This document shows, one piece after another, positions 29,636 through 39,435 of a stretch of DNA of 64,000 nucleotides. The stretch lies in NCBI GenBank assembly GCA_963717865.1, contig CAVQXL010000004.1, forward strand, positions 941,840-1,005,839, given 5' to 3'. Each line of letters opens with the position of its first letter. The stretch's first letter is position 1. Made by a program: the position numbers and the translations under genes. A model generated the notes under the pieces. The model saw only the letters and a program-made list of their open reading frames with translations. It had not been told where the DNA came from and ran no database searches. Source of the DNA: Candidatus Aminicenantes bacterium. GTDB taxonomy: Bacteria; Acidobacteriota; Aminicenantia; Aminicenantales; Saccharicenantaceae.

Positions 29636-30328
29636 CTAAAAGAGGGCCGAGTTGATGGCGTAGAGCGCCAGCTGGAGACGGCTGTGCGTGTCGAGCTTGG
29701 CGTAGATGCTCTTGATGTGGGAGCGGACGGTGTTCTTGCTGATGAACATGCAGCTCGGCGATCTCGTCGTTGCTCTTGCCCTGGCCGATGAGGCGGAGGA
29801 CCTGGAACTCGGTCGGCGTGAGCTGGTCGAGGGTCTTTTCCTTGAGGTCCCGGCCGACGACGGAGATGATCCGGTCCATGATGCTGGACATCTTGTCGCG
29901 GGGCAGCCAGATCTCGCCCTTGTGGACGGCGTGGACGGCCTCGGGCAGCTGGGTGGAGGGTCGTTGAGGTCGAAATAGCCGCGGGCCCCGGCGTTGATGA
30001 GGTTGACGATCTCCTCGTGGGCCGGGATGTTGCCCATGAGCAGGAGCTCCGATCTGGCCTGGATCTTGGAGATCTCCGGATGGCCTTGCAGATCTCCCGC
30101 AGGTTGGGCAGGGCCTCCATGTTGGCGAACAGGATGACCTCGGGCTTGAGCTTCTTGATCGAGTCCATGAACGACTGTCGATCGTGTTCTTCTCGATGTT
30201 CAGGATCTCCAGGTCCGCGTCGGCCTCCAGGGCCTCGCAGGATCCCGGAGAGGATGATGTCGGAGGGGCAAAAGATCAGGATGCTGATCTTCTTGGCTTC
30301 GGCGTGGCGGGCTTTTTTTCTTTTCCAT
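29636..30328 (-). CDS. LuxR/NarL-type response regulator with atypical receiver, frameshifted
   Basis: The C-terminal HTH is LTPTEFQVLRLIGQGKSNDEIA...ISKNTVRSHIKSIYAKL. The N-terminal receiver-like part (KISILIFCPSD.., KPEVILFANMEALPNL) appears to lack the acceptor Asp. Confidence 0.7.
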
Positions 30329-30365
30329 GCGCTTTGAACCCCTTCGGAACGTTATCTTTACGAAA

Positions 30366-30395
30366 ATTCTATGTTAATCCTCATCGGGATGTCAA
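30366..30395 (-). promoter_or_regulatory. sigma70-like promoter for the LuxR-type regulator (TTGACA-18-TAGAAT)
   Basis: On the minus strand the -35 is 30395-30390 and the -10 is 30371-30366. One TCTCGCGACTTA box lies 3 nt upstream of the -35. Confidence 0.4.
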
Positions 30396-30398
30396 GTC

Positions 30399-30484
30399 TA
30401 AGTCGCGAGATCGTGGCGAGACTTGTGCACGGCAGTACGGGGAGCGTAAGGAGGAGCGAGATGCTGCTCGAGTAAGTCGCGAGA
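30399..30484. repeat. two exact 12-nt boxes TAAGTCGCGAGA spaced 74 nt apart
   Basis: The copies are at 30399-30410 and 30473-30484 (plus-strand reading) and contain the palindromic core TCGCGA. Confidence 0.6.
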
Positions 30485-30544
30485 CGGGCGCCGGCGAGAG
30501 GCCGGCGGGAAAAACGGCGCTCAGGACGACCGGGGGCGGGCCGT

Positions 30545-30933
30545 TTACGAATTCGATAGAAGCTTGTAGGTCCGGTCGAGCCGGGCGACGATGTACTGCC
30601 GTTTGGCCCGGCCCTGCTCGGCGCGCACGGAGACGACGGCGCCCGACAGGAGGAGGCGGAGGGGCTTTTCGAGGATGAGGGTCCTGGGGACGTCCAGGTT
30701 GAGGACGAGCTTGCAGCCGATCAGGAGCCGCGTCTTCAAGGCGGAAGGAGACCTCCTGGGCGCTGATGGAGCAGATGTCGGTCCTCTCCTCGAAGGCTTC
30801 CGCCCGAGGCGTCCTGTCCCGATGACCACGGCCGGGAGAGAGAGCTCGAAGGCCCTCTCCCTTCTCCCGGCGGACGAGGCGTCGCGGAAGGAGGCCCGGT
30901 ATCGTTTCACTGAGGGACCTGCTCGATGTTCAT
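30545..30933 (-). CDS. PilZ-like protein, frameshifted; start uncertain
   Basis: The ORF 30545-30910 tail (..CKLVLNLDVPRTLILEKPLRLLLSGAVVSVRAEQGRAKRQYIVARL) and shifted-frame EERTDICSISAQEVSF resemble a degenerate PilZ barrel. Confidence 0.4.
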
Positions 30934-30979
30934 GGCGTATCCATTGTTTCAGTTCGCCGCCCGGCCGGCAATCGCTCCT

Positions 30980-31001
30980 CCGGGGTGATTCCCGGGGTGA
31001 T
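30980..31001. repeat. tandem 10-nt direct repeat CCGGGGTGAT-TC-CCGGGGTGAT
   Basis: The copies are at 30980-30989 and 30992-31001 (12-nt period), in the region upstream of the 30545-30933 gene on the minus strand. Confidence 0.6.
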
Positions 31002-31070
31002 ATTTTGCGGCCGCGCTCTCACCGGTAGACGGCTAACCCGCTCCGCCGGCCGCGGGCCACGCCTCGCCCG

Positions 31071-31491
31071 TCACGCGGCCCCTCCTTCCGTCGGGGGCTG
31101 GATGACGTAACGGGACTCCAGTTTCAAGGCGACCCGGCGGCCCTTCCCGTCCGCGCTCGCCGGGCCGACGGAGACGATCCTGCCCCGGATGACGAGGTTG
31201 AGGTCTCCGGCCTTCGGCGAGCTTGGGCGGGAGGCTCGACGATGAGCTTGAGGTCCGCCCCGCGGGTCACGGGGCTTCGGAGCTCGAAGAGCCGCCGACG
31301 CGTGGCTCATGGTTTGGAGGACCGTCCGCTCCTCGAAATCGCGCCCGGACGCGTCGCGGCCCAGCGACCCTCATCGGCAGGCCGAGCTCGAAACCGGGTC
31401 CTTCTCGCGGGACGCGGGCGGGCCGCTCCCGGGGGTTCCTTTCCACATCATCGTCTTTTCCTTTTCCTTTGAGCGCGACTAAAATGCACAT
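31071..31491 (-). CDS. possible PilZ-like protein, badly fragmented
   Basis: Fragments ..ERNPRERPARV..GFELGLPMRV.. and ..GDLNLVIRGRIVSVGPASADGKGRRVALKLESRYVIQP lie in different frames. This is a weak call. Confidence 0.3.
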
Positions 31492-31567
31492 TTCGTTCCG
31501 GGACGGTCAATCACCTCTAAGGATGAAATGACGGGGGATATTGCCCTCGGCGCGGCCGGTCCGTTCC

Positions 31568-31596
31568 TTGACAATTCGGGAGGCGGCGGCTAGAAT
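31568..31596 (+). promoter_or_regulatory. sigma70 promoter for proS (TTGACA-17-TAGAAT)
   Basis: The -35 is 31568-31573 and the -10 is 31591-31596. An AAGGAG Shine-Dalgarno lies before GTG 31628. Confidence 0.5.
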
Positions 31597-31627
31597 AGTA
31601 AAACGTCTCAAAGGCAAAGGAGATAAA

Positions 31628-33098
<1,471 letters not shown>

Positions 33099-33149
33099 AC
33101 AGTCCGGGACGCGGCGCGGCGCCGCGGCTGGGTCGTCGAAGGGAGTTCG

Positions 33150-33818
33150 ATGGTCCCGATCGGAGGACGAGCGGCTGAGGATGGTCGAGACCCAGATCCG
33201 GGCCCGGGGCATCAGGACGCGCGGGTCCTCGCGGCCATGGCCAAGGTCCCCCGCCATCTCTTCGTGCCCGACGGCCTGCGCGTCCTACGCCTACGCCGAC
33301 GAGCCCCTGCCGATCGGCGGGGCCAGACCATTTCCCAGCCTTACATCGTCGCCTACATGACCGAAGCCCTGCGGCTCCGGGGAGGGGAGAAGGTCCTCGA
33401 GATCGGAACGGGATCGGGTTACCAGACGGCCGTCCTGGCCGAGGTCGCCGGCGAGGTCTGGACGGTCGAGATCGTCGAGGAGCTTTCCCTGCGGGCCCGG
33501 GACCGGCTCGAAGCGCTCGGCTACAAGAACATCCATTTCCGCGTCGGCGACGGGTCCGCGGGATGGCCGGAAGCCGCCCCTTTCGACGCCATCCTCGTCA
33601 CGGCCGCGCCCGAATCGGTCCCGTCGGCGCTCGAGGGCGAGCTGGCCCCGGGGGGCCGGATGATCGTCCCCGTCGGCCTGGGGTCCCAGGAGCTCGTCCT
33701 GATCCGGCGCGAAGCGGAATCTTTCCGGAGGAAGAGGCTGATCGGGGTCCGGTTCGTGCCGTTGGTGCGGCGGGCCGACGCGGGAAGGCGGCGAGACATG
33801 ATAAGGAGAGGACGATGA
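33150..33818 (+). CDS. pcm: protein-L-isoaspartate O-methyltransferase (frame changes in first 200 nt)
   Basis: [47 protein letters not shown] and [16 protein letters not shown] are present. The start is approximate. Confidence 0.85.
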   Translation: MVPIGGRAAEDGRDPDPGPGHQDARVLAAMAKVPRHLFVPDGLRVLRLRRRAPADRRGQTISQPYIVAYMTEALRLRGGEKVLEIGTGSGYQTAVLAEVAGEVWTVEIVEELSLRARDRLEALGYKNIHFRVGDGSAGWPEAAPFDAILVTAAPESVPSALEGELAPGGRMIVPVGLGSQELVLIRREAESFRRKRLIGVRFVPLVRRADAGRRRDMIRRGR

Positions 33819-34282
33819 TAGCGAAAGCTGGAACGCGAATGGCCGCGGCCGTCCTGGGGCTGGCATTCCTCACGGCGGGGCTCCTGGCATTCTGCCGTGC
33901 CCCCGAAAAGGACAGGTTCGTCAAGGTCTTCTTCCCCGACGGCAAGGCGGTCACCGCCGAGCTGGCCGTGACCGACGCGGAGAGGGCGCGGGGCCTGATG
34001 TTCCGGAAGAGGATCGAGGCCGATCAGGGAATGCTCTTCGTCTTCGAAGAGGAGGGGGTCTATCCCTTCTGGATGAAGAACACGCTCATCCCTCTGGATA
34101 TCCTCTGGCTCGGCCGCGACCGGCGTATCGTCCATATCGCCGCCGACGTCCCGCCGTGCGAAGCCGACCCTTGCCCGTCCTACGGGCCGGGAGCCCCGGC
34201 CCTGTTCGTCCTCGAGCTCAAGGCCGGCGAATGCCGGGCCCGGGGCCTCGAGCCCGGAGACCGGCTGGAATTCGTCCTCTAG
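33815..34282 (+). CDS. DUF192 domain protein
   Basis: Intact 155-aa ORF with a signal/TM N-terminus and DUF192-like motifs ([14 protein letters not shown].., [15 protein letters not shown]). ATGA overlap with pcm. Confidence 0.8.
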   Translation: MIAKAGTRMAAAVLGLAFLTAGLLAFCRAPEKDRFVKVFFPDGKAVTAELAVTDAERARGLMFRKRIEADQGMLFVFEEEGVYPFWMKNTLIPLDILWLGRDRRIVHIAADVPPCEADPCPSYGPGAPALFVLELKAGECRARGLEPGDRLEFVL

Positions 34283-34863
34283 ATCATCACGAACGATTTC
34301 TCGATGGTGGCGCTCTTCTCGGAATGGGCGTCCCGGACCGTGAGGAGGATCTTGTATCGGCCGGGCTGAAGGCCTGTGAACGAGAAGTTGAAGGTCAGGG
34401 CGATCTCGGTGTTGGCATTCCAGGAAGAGAAGCGGGGGCTGGCGAAATCTTTCTGGCCGCCCAGCACCTTGCCCGCCGCGTCCTCGAGGGAGAAATCGGC
34501 CGAGAACCCGAATTCGTGCTTGCCGTCCCCCGACCCCATCAGGACCTGGCCGACCGGCTCGAGATACAGGTAGATGACGTCCCCGGCCCCGAACGTATCG
34601 GAAGCCCGGGGCTCGTAGATCCCGTAGCTCGCCGAGTCGCTCGTGACGAACTTGACGTTTTCGAGGAGGAGGGGAGACCGCTCCCGGAAGGCCTCGAACG
34701 ACGACCTGAGAGCGGCCAGGGCCGCCGAATAATCACTTCCGGCCAGGGCCGCCTCGAAGCGCGCGAATCCGGCGTCGAAGGCGCTTGGTTCGGACTTCTT
34801 TCCGGAACATCCGAAGGATATGGCCAACAGGGCCGCGAGGCCCAGGACGTAGCGGCGTTTCAT
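34279..34863 (-). CDS. lipoprotein, hypothetical
   Basis: Intact frame with the lipobox LAISFGCSG. I recognise no family. Confidence 0.6.
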   Translation of the reverse strand: MKRRYVLGLAALLAISFGCSGKKSEPSAFDAGFARFEAALAGSDYSAALAALRSSFEAFRERSPLLLENVKFVTSDSASYGIYEPRASDTFGAGDVIYLYLEPVGQVLMGSGDGKHEFGFSADFSLEDAAGKVLGGQKDFASPRFSSWNANTEIALTFNFSFTGLQPGRYKILLTVRDAHSEKSATIEKSFVMI

Positions 34864-34880
34864 GGGTCACCTCCGTTCGT

Positions 34881-34909
34881 TTGACGCCTCAGGATAGGTC
34901 GAATATAAT
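34881..34909 (+). promoter_or_regulatory. sigma70 promoter (TTGACG-17-TATAAT), near-leaderless
   Basis: The -35 is 34881-34886 and the -10 is 34904-34909. Only 11 nt separate the -10 from ATG 34921, and there is no Shine-Dalgarno. Confidence 0.5.
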
Positions 34910-34920
34910 CCGTTGTCAAC

Positions 34921-36765
34921 ATGAGCGCCGACGCCTTTCGCGACCGCATTTCCCGGGGGGTCCTTCTCTGCGACGGCGGTATGGGGACGATGCTCTATGC
35001 CAAGGGCGTCTATATCAATACGTGCTTCGACGAGCTCAACCTCACCGGCCCCGACCTCGTCCGGGAAGTCCACGCGGAGTACCTCCGGAGCGGGGCCGAC
35101 GTCATCGAGACGAACACGTTCGGAGCCAGTCGCTACAAGCTGAAGAAATTCGGCCTCGAGGACCGGACGGTCGCCGTCAACCGGGCGGGAGCGGCGATCG
35201 CCCGGGATGCCGCCGGGCCGGACGCCCTGGTCGCGGGGGCCATCGGACCGCTGGGCGTGAGCGTCGAGCCGTGGGGCCCGGTCCCGGCCGCCGAAGCCGG
35301 CGAGGCCTTCGCCGTCCAGGCGGACGCGCTCGCCTCGGGGGGCGTCGATCTCTTCATCCTGGAAACCTTTTCCGACCTCAACGAGATCCGCGCCGCATTG
35401 GAAGCGGTCCGGAGGGCGGGGAGGGGCCTGCCCGTCGTCGCCCAGATGACGATCGGCGAGGACGGCGCGAGCCGCTACGGAACGACTCCGGAGGATTTCA
35501 CCCGGAAGCTCGAGGAATGGGGGGCCGACGTCGTCGGGGTCAACTGCAGCGTCGGACCGGCGCCCATGCTCGAGTGCGTCGAACGCATGGCCCGGGTGAC
35601 GGCCCTGCCCTTGTCGGCCATGCCCAATGCCGGCCTGCCGCGGGAGGTCGACGGGCGCAACCTCTATCTGAGCTCTCCCGACTATATGGCCGAATACGCC
35701 AAGAGGTTCATCCTCGCGGGCGTGAAGCTCGTCGGTGGCTGCTGCGGGACGACCCCGGCCCATATCAAGGCCATGCGGGGCGCCGTCCGCGCCCTCCAAC
35801 CCCCCCGGCGTCACGTCGTTTCCGCCCTCCCCGCGGAGAGCGAAGGGCCGCGGATCGAGCCCGCGCCCAAAAGGGAACGGTCCGAGCTGGGGCGGAGGCT
35901 CGAGGACGGAGAGTTCGTCGTCAGCGTCGAGGTCGTCCCGCCGCGCGGACCGGACCCCGCCAAGACCCTGGAAGCGGCCCGCCGGCTTGCCGACAAGGGC
36001 ATCCTCTGCGTCAACATTCCGGACGGACCCCGCGCGAGCGCCCGGATGAGCCCGATGGCCCTGGCCTTCCTCCTGGCCAAGGACGCGCGGATCGAGCCCA
36101 TCCTTCACTATACGTGCCGGGACAGGAATCTCCTGGGCATGCAGTCGGACCTTCTCGGCATCTCCGCCCAGGGGATCCGGAACCTTCTCATCGTCACCGG
36201 AGATCCCCCGAAAATGGGGGATTATCCGAGCGCGACCGCCGTCTTCGACGTGGATTCGATCGGCCTCGTCGGCGTCGTCAGCTCGCTCAACCGGGGGAGG
36301 GACATCGGCGGCAAGACGATCAACGGACCGACGGGATTCCTCATCGGCGTCGGGGCGAACCCGGGGGCCGTCAATCCCGGGCACGAGCTCTCGAGGCTCG
36401 AGGCCAAGGTTCGGGCGGGCGCGGAGTTCGTGATCACCCAGCCGGTGTTCGATGTCCGCAAGCTCGAAGAATTCCTGGACGCCGTCTCGGGCTTCCAAGT
36501 TCCGGTCATCGCCGGCCTGTGGCCCCTCGCGAGCCTGCGGAACGCGGAGTTCATGAACAATGAGGTCCCGGGAGCGAGCGTCCCGGACGGGATCATGGAC
36601 AGGATGAGGAAGGCTCAGGACCGCGGCGCCGAGGACGCGCGGGAAGAAGGCGTCCGGATCGCCCGTGAGATCCTGGCAGCCATCAAGCCCCTCGTCCGCG
36701 GCATCCAGATCAGCCCGCCCCTCGGCCGGTATGACCTCGCCCTCCGGGTGGTCGAAGGCCTCTGA
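34921..36765 (+). CDS. bifunctional homocysteine S-methyltransferase / 5,10-methylenetetrahydrofolate reductase
   Basis: Intact 614-aa ORF. The N-terminal Hcy-binding domain has LLCDGGMGT and GGCCGTTPAHI. The C-terminal MetF-like domain has HYTCRDRN and VITQPVFD. Confidence 0.9.
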   Translation: MSADAFRDRISRGVLLCDGGMGTMLYAKGVYINTCFDELNLTGPDLVREVHAEYLRSGADVIETNTFGASRYKLKKFGLEDRTVAVNRAGAAIARDAAGPDALVAGAIGPLGVSVEPWGPVPAAEAGEAFAVQADALASGGVDLFILETFSDLNEIRAALEAVRRAGRGLPVVAQMTIGEDGASRYGTTPEDFTRKLEEWGADVVGVNCSVGPAPMLECVERMARVTALPLSAMPNAGLPREVDGRNLYLSSPDYMAEYAKRFILAGVKLVGGCCGTTPAHIKAMRGAVRALQPPRRHVVSALPAESEGPRIEPAPKRERSELGRRLEDGEFVVSVEVVPPRGPDPAKTLEAARRLADKGILCVNIPDGPRASARMSPMALAFLLAKDARIEPILHYTCRDRNLLGMQSDLLGISAQGIRNLLIVTGDPPKMGDYPSATAVFDVDSIGLVGVVSSLNRGRDIGGKTINGPTGFLIGVGANPGAVNPGHELSRLEAKVRAGAEFVITQPVFDVRKLEEFLDAVSGFQVPVIAGLWPLASLRNAEFMNNEVPGASVPDGIMDRMRKAQDRGAEDAREEGVRIAREILAAIKPLVRGIQISPPLGRYDLALRVVEGL

Positions 36766-36769
36766 GCGC

Positions 36770-37927
36770 CTAGTCCGTCCCGGCCGTCTTTCCTTCCGTG
36801 ACCAGGAACCTCTCCAGCTCGCGCGCCGCGTTCTCCGAGGCCCTGCCTTCCCCGAGGCTCTTCCGGATCTCGAGGAAGCCGTCCCGCATTTCCCGGCGGG
36901 CGCTTTCCGAGCCAAGGACGCGGAGGGTCTCGCGGGCGAGATTCTCGGCCGTGAACTCTCCTTGGATCAGCTCGGGGACAAGCGGCCTTCCCGCCAGGAT
37001 GTTGACGATGCTGTAATGGTCGATCTTGACGAATCTCCGTCCGGCGCGGTAGGTCAGCGGGGAGATCCGGTAGAAGGCGACGACCGGAGCGGCGAGAAGG
37101 GCGGCTTCGAGCGTGGCCGTACCGCAGGAGGACAGGACGATGTCCGCCGCGGCCATGGCCTCGTAACCGTCCCGGTCGAGGACGGTGATCCCCTCGATCG
37201 GTCCGGGCCAGGACCCTTCCAGGGCGCTTCGGTCCAGGCTTTCCGCGAGGACGAGGGCGAACTGAAGGTCGGGGGACGACCGGAGCCGGGCGACCGTTTC
37301 CGCGAGGACCGGAGCGTGATACCTGAGCTCGCCCCGGCGGCTTCCCGGAAGGAGGACGACGAGCTTCTTCGCGGGATCGAGCCCGTATTTGGCGAAGAGG
37401 TCGGCGCGGCCGAATTCCGCCCGGACCCGTTCGAGCAGGGGATGGCCGATATAGGAGGCGGGGATCCCTTCGGACCGGTAGATGGCCTCCTCGAACGGAA
37501 AGATCAGCATCATCCGTGACACGAATCGCCGGACGGCCTTGAGACGGCCCCGCCTCCAGGCCCAGACTGTGGGGCTGACGTAGTAGAGGACCGGGACCCC
37601 GGCCTTATTAAGCTTCTTCGCCAGGCGCAGGTTGAAATCGGGCGAATCGATGAGGACGGCGGCGGAGGGCTTCCGTGACGAAGCCTCCCGGACGAGATGG
37701 CGGAAGATCCAGCGGATGCGCGGGACCTGCGAGAGGACCTCGAAGATCCCCATCACGGCCAGGTGCCCGGTCGGGAAGAGGATCTCGACCCCCTCGGCGG
37801 CCATCCGCTTGCCGCCGATCCCGAAGAACGCGGTTTCCGGCCGGAGCTTGCGGAACTCGCGGACGAGGGCCGCCCCGTATCTCTCTCCGGAGCTTTCCCC
37901 GGCGACGATGAGGACGGAGCCGCTCAC
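36770..37927 (-). CDS. lpxB: lipid-A-disaccharide synthase
   Basis: Intact frame with VLIVAGESSGERYG, VLIDSPDFNLRLAKK, YYVSPTVWAWR and GTATLEAAL. A GTG start at 37927 forms a GTGA overlap with the upstream gene; the longer ORF 36770-38542 is read-through. Confidence 0.9.
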   Translation of the reverse strand: MSGSVLIVAGESSGERYGAALVREFRKLRPETAFFGIGGKRMAAEGVEILFPTGHLAVMGIFEVLSQVPRIRWIFRHLVREASSRKPSAAVLIDSPDFNLRLAKKLNKAGVPVLYYVSPTVWAWRRGRLKAVRRFVSRMMLIFPFEEAIYRSEGIPASYIGHPLLERVRAEFGRADLFAKYGLDPAKKLVVLLPGSRRGELRYHAPVLAETVARLRSSPDLQFALVLAESLDRSALEGSWPGPIEGITVLDRDGYEAMAAADIVLSSCGTATLEAALLAAPVVAFYRISPLTYRAGRRFVKIDHYSIVNILAGRPLVPELIQGEFTAENLARETLRVLGSESARREMRDGFLEIRKSLGEGRASENAARELERFLVTEGKTAGTD

Positions 37928-38487
37928 TCCTCCGCTCCCGATCCCTCTTCTTGCTCTTCTTCCTCTTGCTCCCCGCCCAGGCGGACGACCTTCGGCTGGG
38001 TGCCGGGATCGTGGCCGTAATAAAAGAGCCACTTGTCGTACCGGTCCTGATCCTCGTAAAGGCGGATCGACGTCCTCTTCGAAGAGCTCACGACGCCGAG
38101 GACGCTCGGATTCTGGACGGAGCCGAGGGCGGAGAGGGGAGCGACGAGGACCTGTCGGGTCCCTCCGGCCTCGGCCTCGGCCTGCCCGCTCGGATTGAGA
38201 ATGACGTCCCATTCGCCCGAGGCGGTCATGGGGTCGGGGAAGGGCCTCCGGAGGAATCCCCCGTCCAGGAGCTCTTTGAGGGACGCCGGGAAGCGGCCGG
38301 GGTTCTTCGCCTGGAAGAGCCGGATGGCCTCGACGTACTGGCGGCCGCGGAAAATGAGCTCCTCTTCCTTTTCCCGCTGGAGCTCGGTCTCGAGGACGGG
38401 GACGGCCACCGTGAGGGCCAGGGCGAGGACGAAGACGACCATCATCAGGATGATGAGGACGTAACCGGGTTTCCCGCGTTTCACCAT
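37924..38487 (-). CDS. pseudopilin-like protein (atypical N-terminus)
   Basis: Intact frame. MVKRGKPGYVLIILMMVVFVLALAL resembles a prepilin leader but has no Glu at +5. The tail is acidic (EQEEEEQEEGSGAEE). Confidence 0.5.
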   Translation of the reverse strand: MVKRGKPGYVLIILMMVVFVLALALTVAVPVLETELQREKEEELIFRGRQYVEAIRLFQAKNPGRFPASLKELLDGGFLRRPFPDPMTASGEWDVILNPSGQAEAEAGGTRQVLVAPLSALGSVQNPSVLGVVSSSKRTSIRLYEDQDRYDKWLFYYGHDPGTQPKVVRLGGEQEEEEQEEGSGAEE

Positions 38488-38889
38488 GTGTTGAAGAGCG
38501 TGCCGTCCAGGGCCTTGGCTTCGGACCCGGATCGGACATCAATGACGCCCATATTCTCGGGCGGGGGTATATTCGTCGGGGGCCGGCGTCTCCCGGACCT
38601 CGACCCAGGTCGTCGCCGATTTCGTCATCGGGTCGACCGGGATGGTCCGGAGGTATTTCTCGTCGACCAGGGTCTGGAGAGAAGCCGGGTACTTGCCCTT
38701 GTCCTGGAAATACTGGTCGATGAGCTTGCGGAACTGGAACAGGTCTTCCTTGAGGACGGCTTCCCGGGCCCGCTTGGCCGCGCTCTGGTACTGGGGGAGG
38801 CCCAGTCCGACCAGGATCCCGATGAGGGTGAAGACGATGATCATCTCGATGAGCGTGAACCCGGAGCCCTTCGCTTTTCGTCGTGTCAT
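38481..38889 (-). CDS. GspG-like type II secretion pseudopilin (one frame change in G/C run 38559-38567)
   Basis: The prepilin motif is KGSGFTLIEMIIVFTLIGIL. The corrected C-terminus ..VIDVRSGSEAKALDGTLFNTW parallels its neighbour and overlaps the next start codon. Confidence 0.7.
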
Positions 38890-38896
38890 GCCGCCC

Positions 38897-39428
38897 TCAC
38901 CAGTCCTTGTACCTGGTGCCGTCCAGGGCCTTGGCCCGGCTCTTCGAATAGACGTCATAGACGTTCTCTTCCCCCCAGACGTCGCTGTCGCGGTCGTCCT
39001 GGTAGGATCGCAGCCCCCACTCCGTCGAGCCCGTCATCGGGTCCCGGGGGATTCGGCGCAGGAAGCGGACGAGTTTTTTTTTCGCTTCGGGGCGCGCCCG
39101 TCCCGTCCCCTCCGCCTCCTGGCCCTCCGAGGGGGTCTCCTCGATCTCGACGCCTTTGACCAGGGTCTCGAGGTCCGGGGGATAGCCCTCGCTGTCCTCC
39201 TCCGTCTCGATCTTCTTTTCGTCGGCCAGCTTCTTGTAGGCGTCGATGGCCTCGCGGATCTGGCGCAGGTCCCGCGGAGCTCGATCTCCTTTTCGCGCTT
39301 GGACGGCGGTTTTGGCGATGGGGAAGATCGCCGAGGCCAGGATCGCCAGGACCGTCAGGGTCACCAGCATCTCGACCAGGGTGAATCCCCGGCCGGCCGG
39401 AGCGTGCGGTTCCCGTCCCCGCGAACAT
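38897..39428 (-). CDS. GspG-like pseudopilin with acidic insertion (one frame change at C4 run 39387-39390)
   Basis: ..RPG/FTLVEMLVTLTVLAILA.. is followed by a long acidic insert ETEEDSEGYPPDLETLVKGVEIEETPSEGQEAEG and the C-terminus ..SRAKALDGTRYKDW. Confidence 0.65.
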
Positions 39429-39435
39429 GTGAGAC

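Noticed and set aside
30447-30475. Perfect Shine-Dalgarno (TAAGGAGG) followed by the 4-codon mini-ORF ATG-CTG-CTC-GAG-TAA on the plus strand
   Set aside because: It looks like a leader peptide, but there is no plus-strand gene downstream for more than 1 kb and both flanking genes are on the minus strand. It is probably coincidental. It is mentioned only because its stop overlaps one of the 12-nt boxes.
34867-36915. 682-aa ORF on the minus strand
   Set aside because: It lies antisense to the intact, strongly recognisable homocysteine methyltransferase/MTHFR gene. The translation is low-complexity (R/G/P/D/A rich) with no motifs. It is a typical shadow ORF of GC-rich DNA.
36770-38542. 590-aa ORF suggesting a much longer LpxB
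   Set aside because: The upstream roughly 200 codons are another frame of the pseudopilin-like gene 37924-38487 and are Arg/Pro-rich. LpxB homology begins at GTG 37927 (VLIVAGESSGE).
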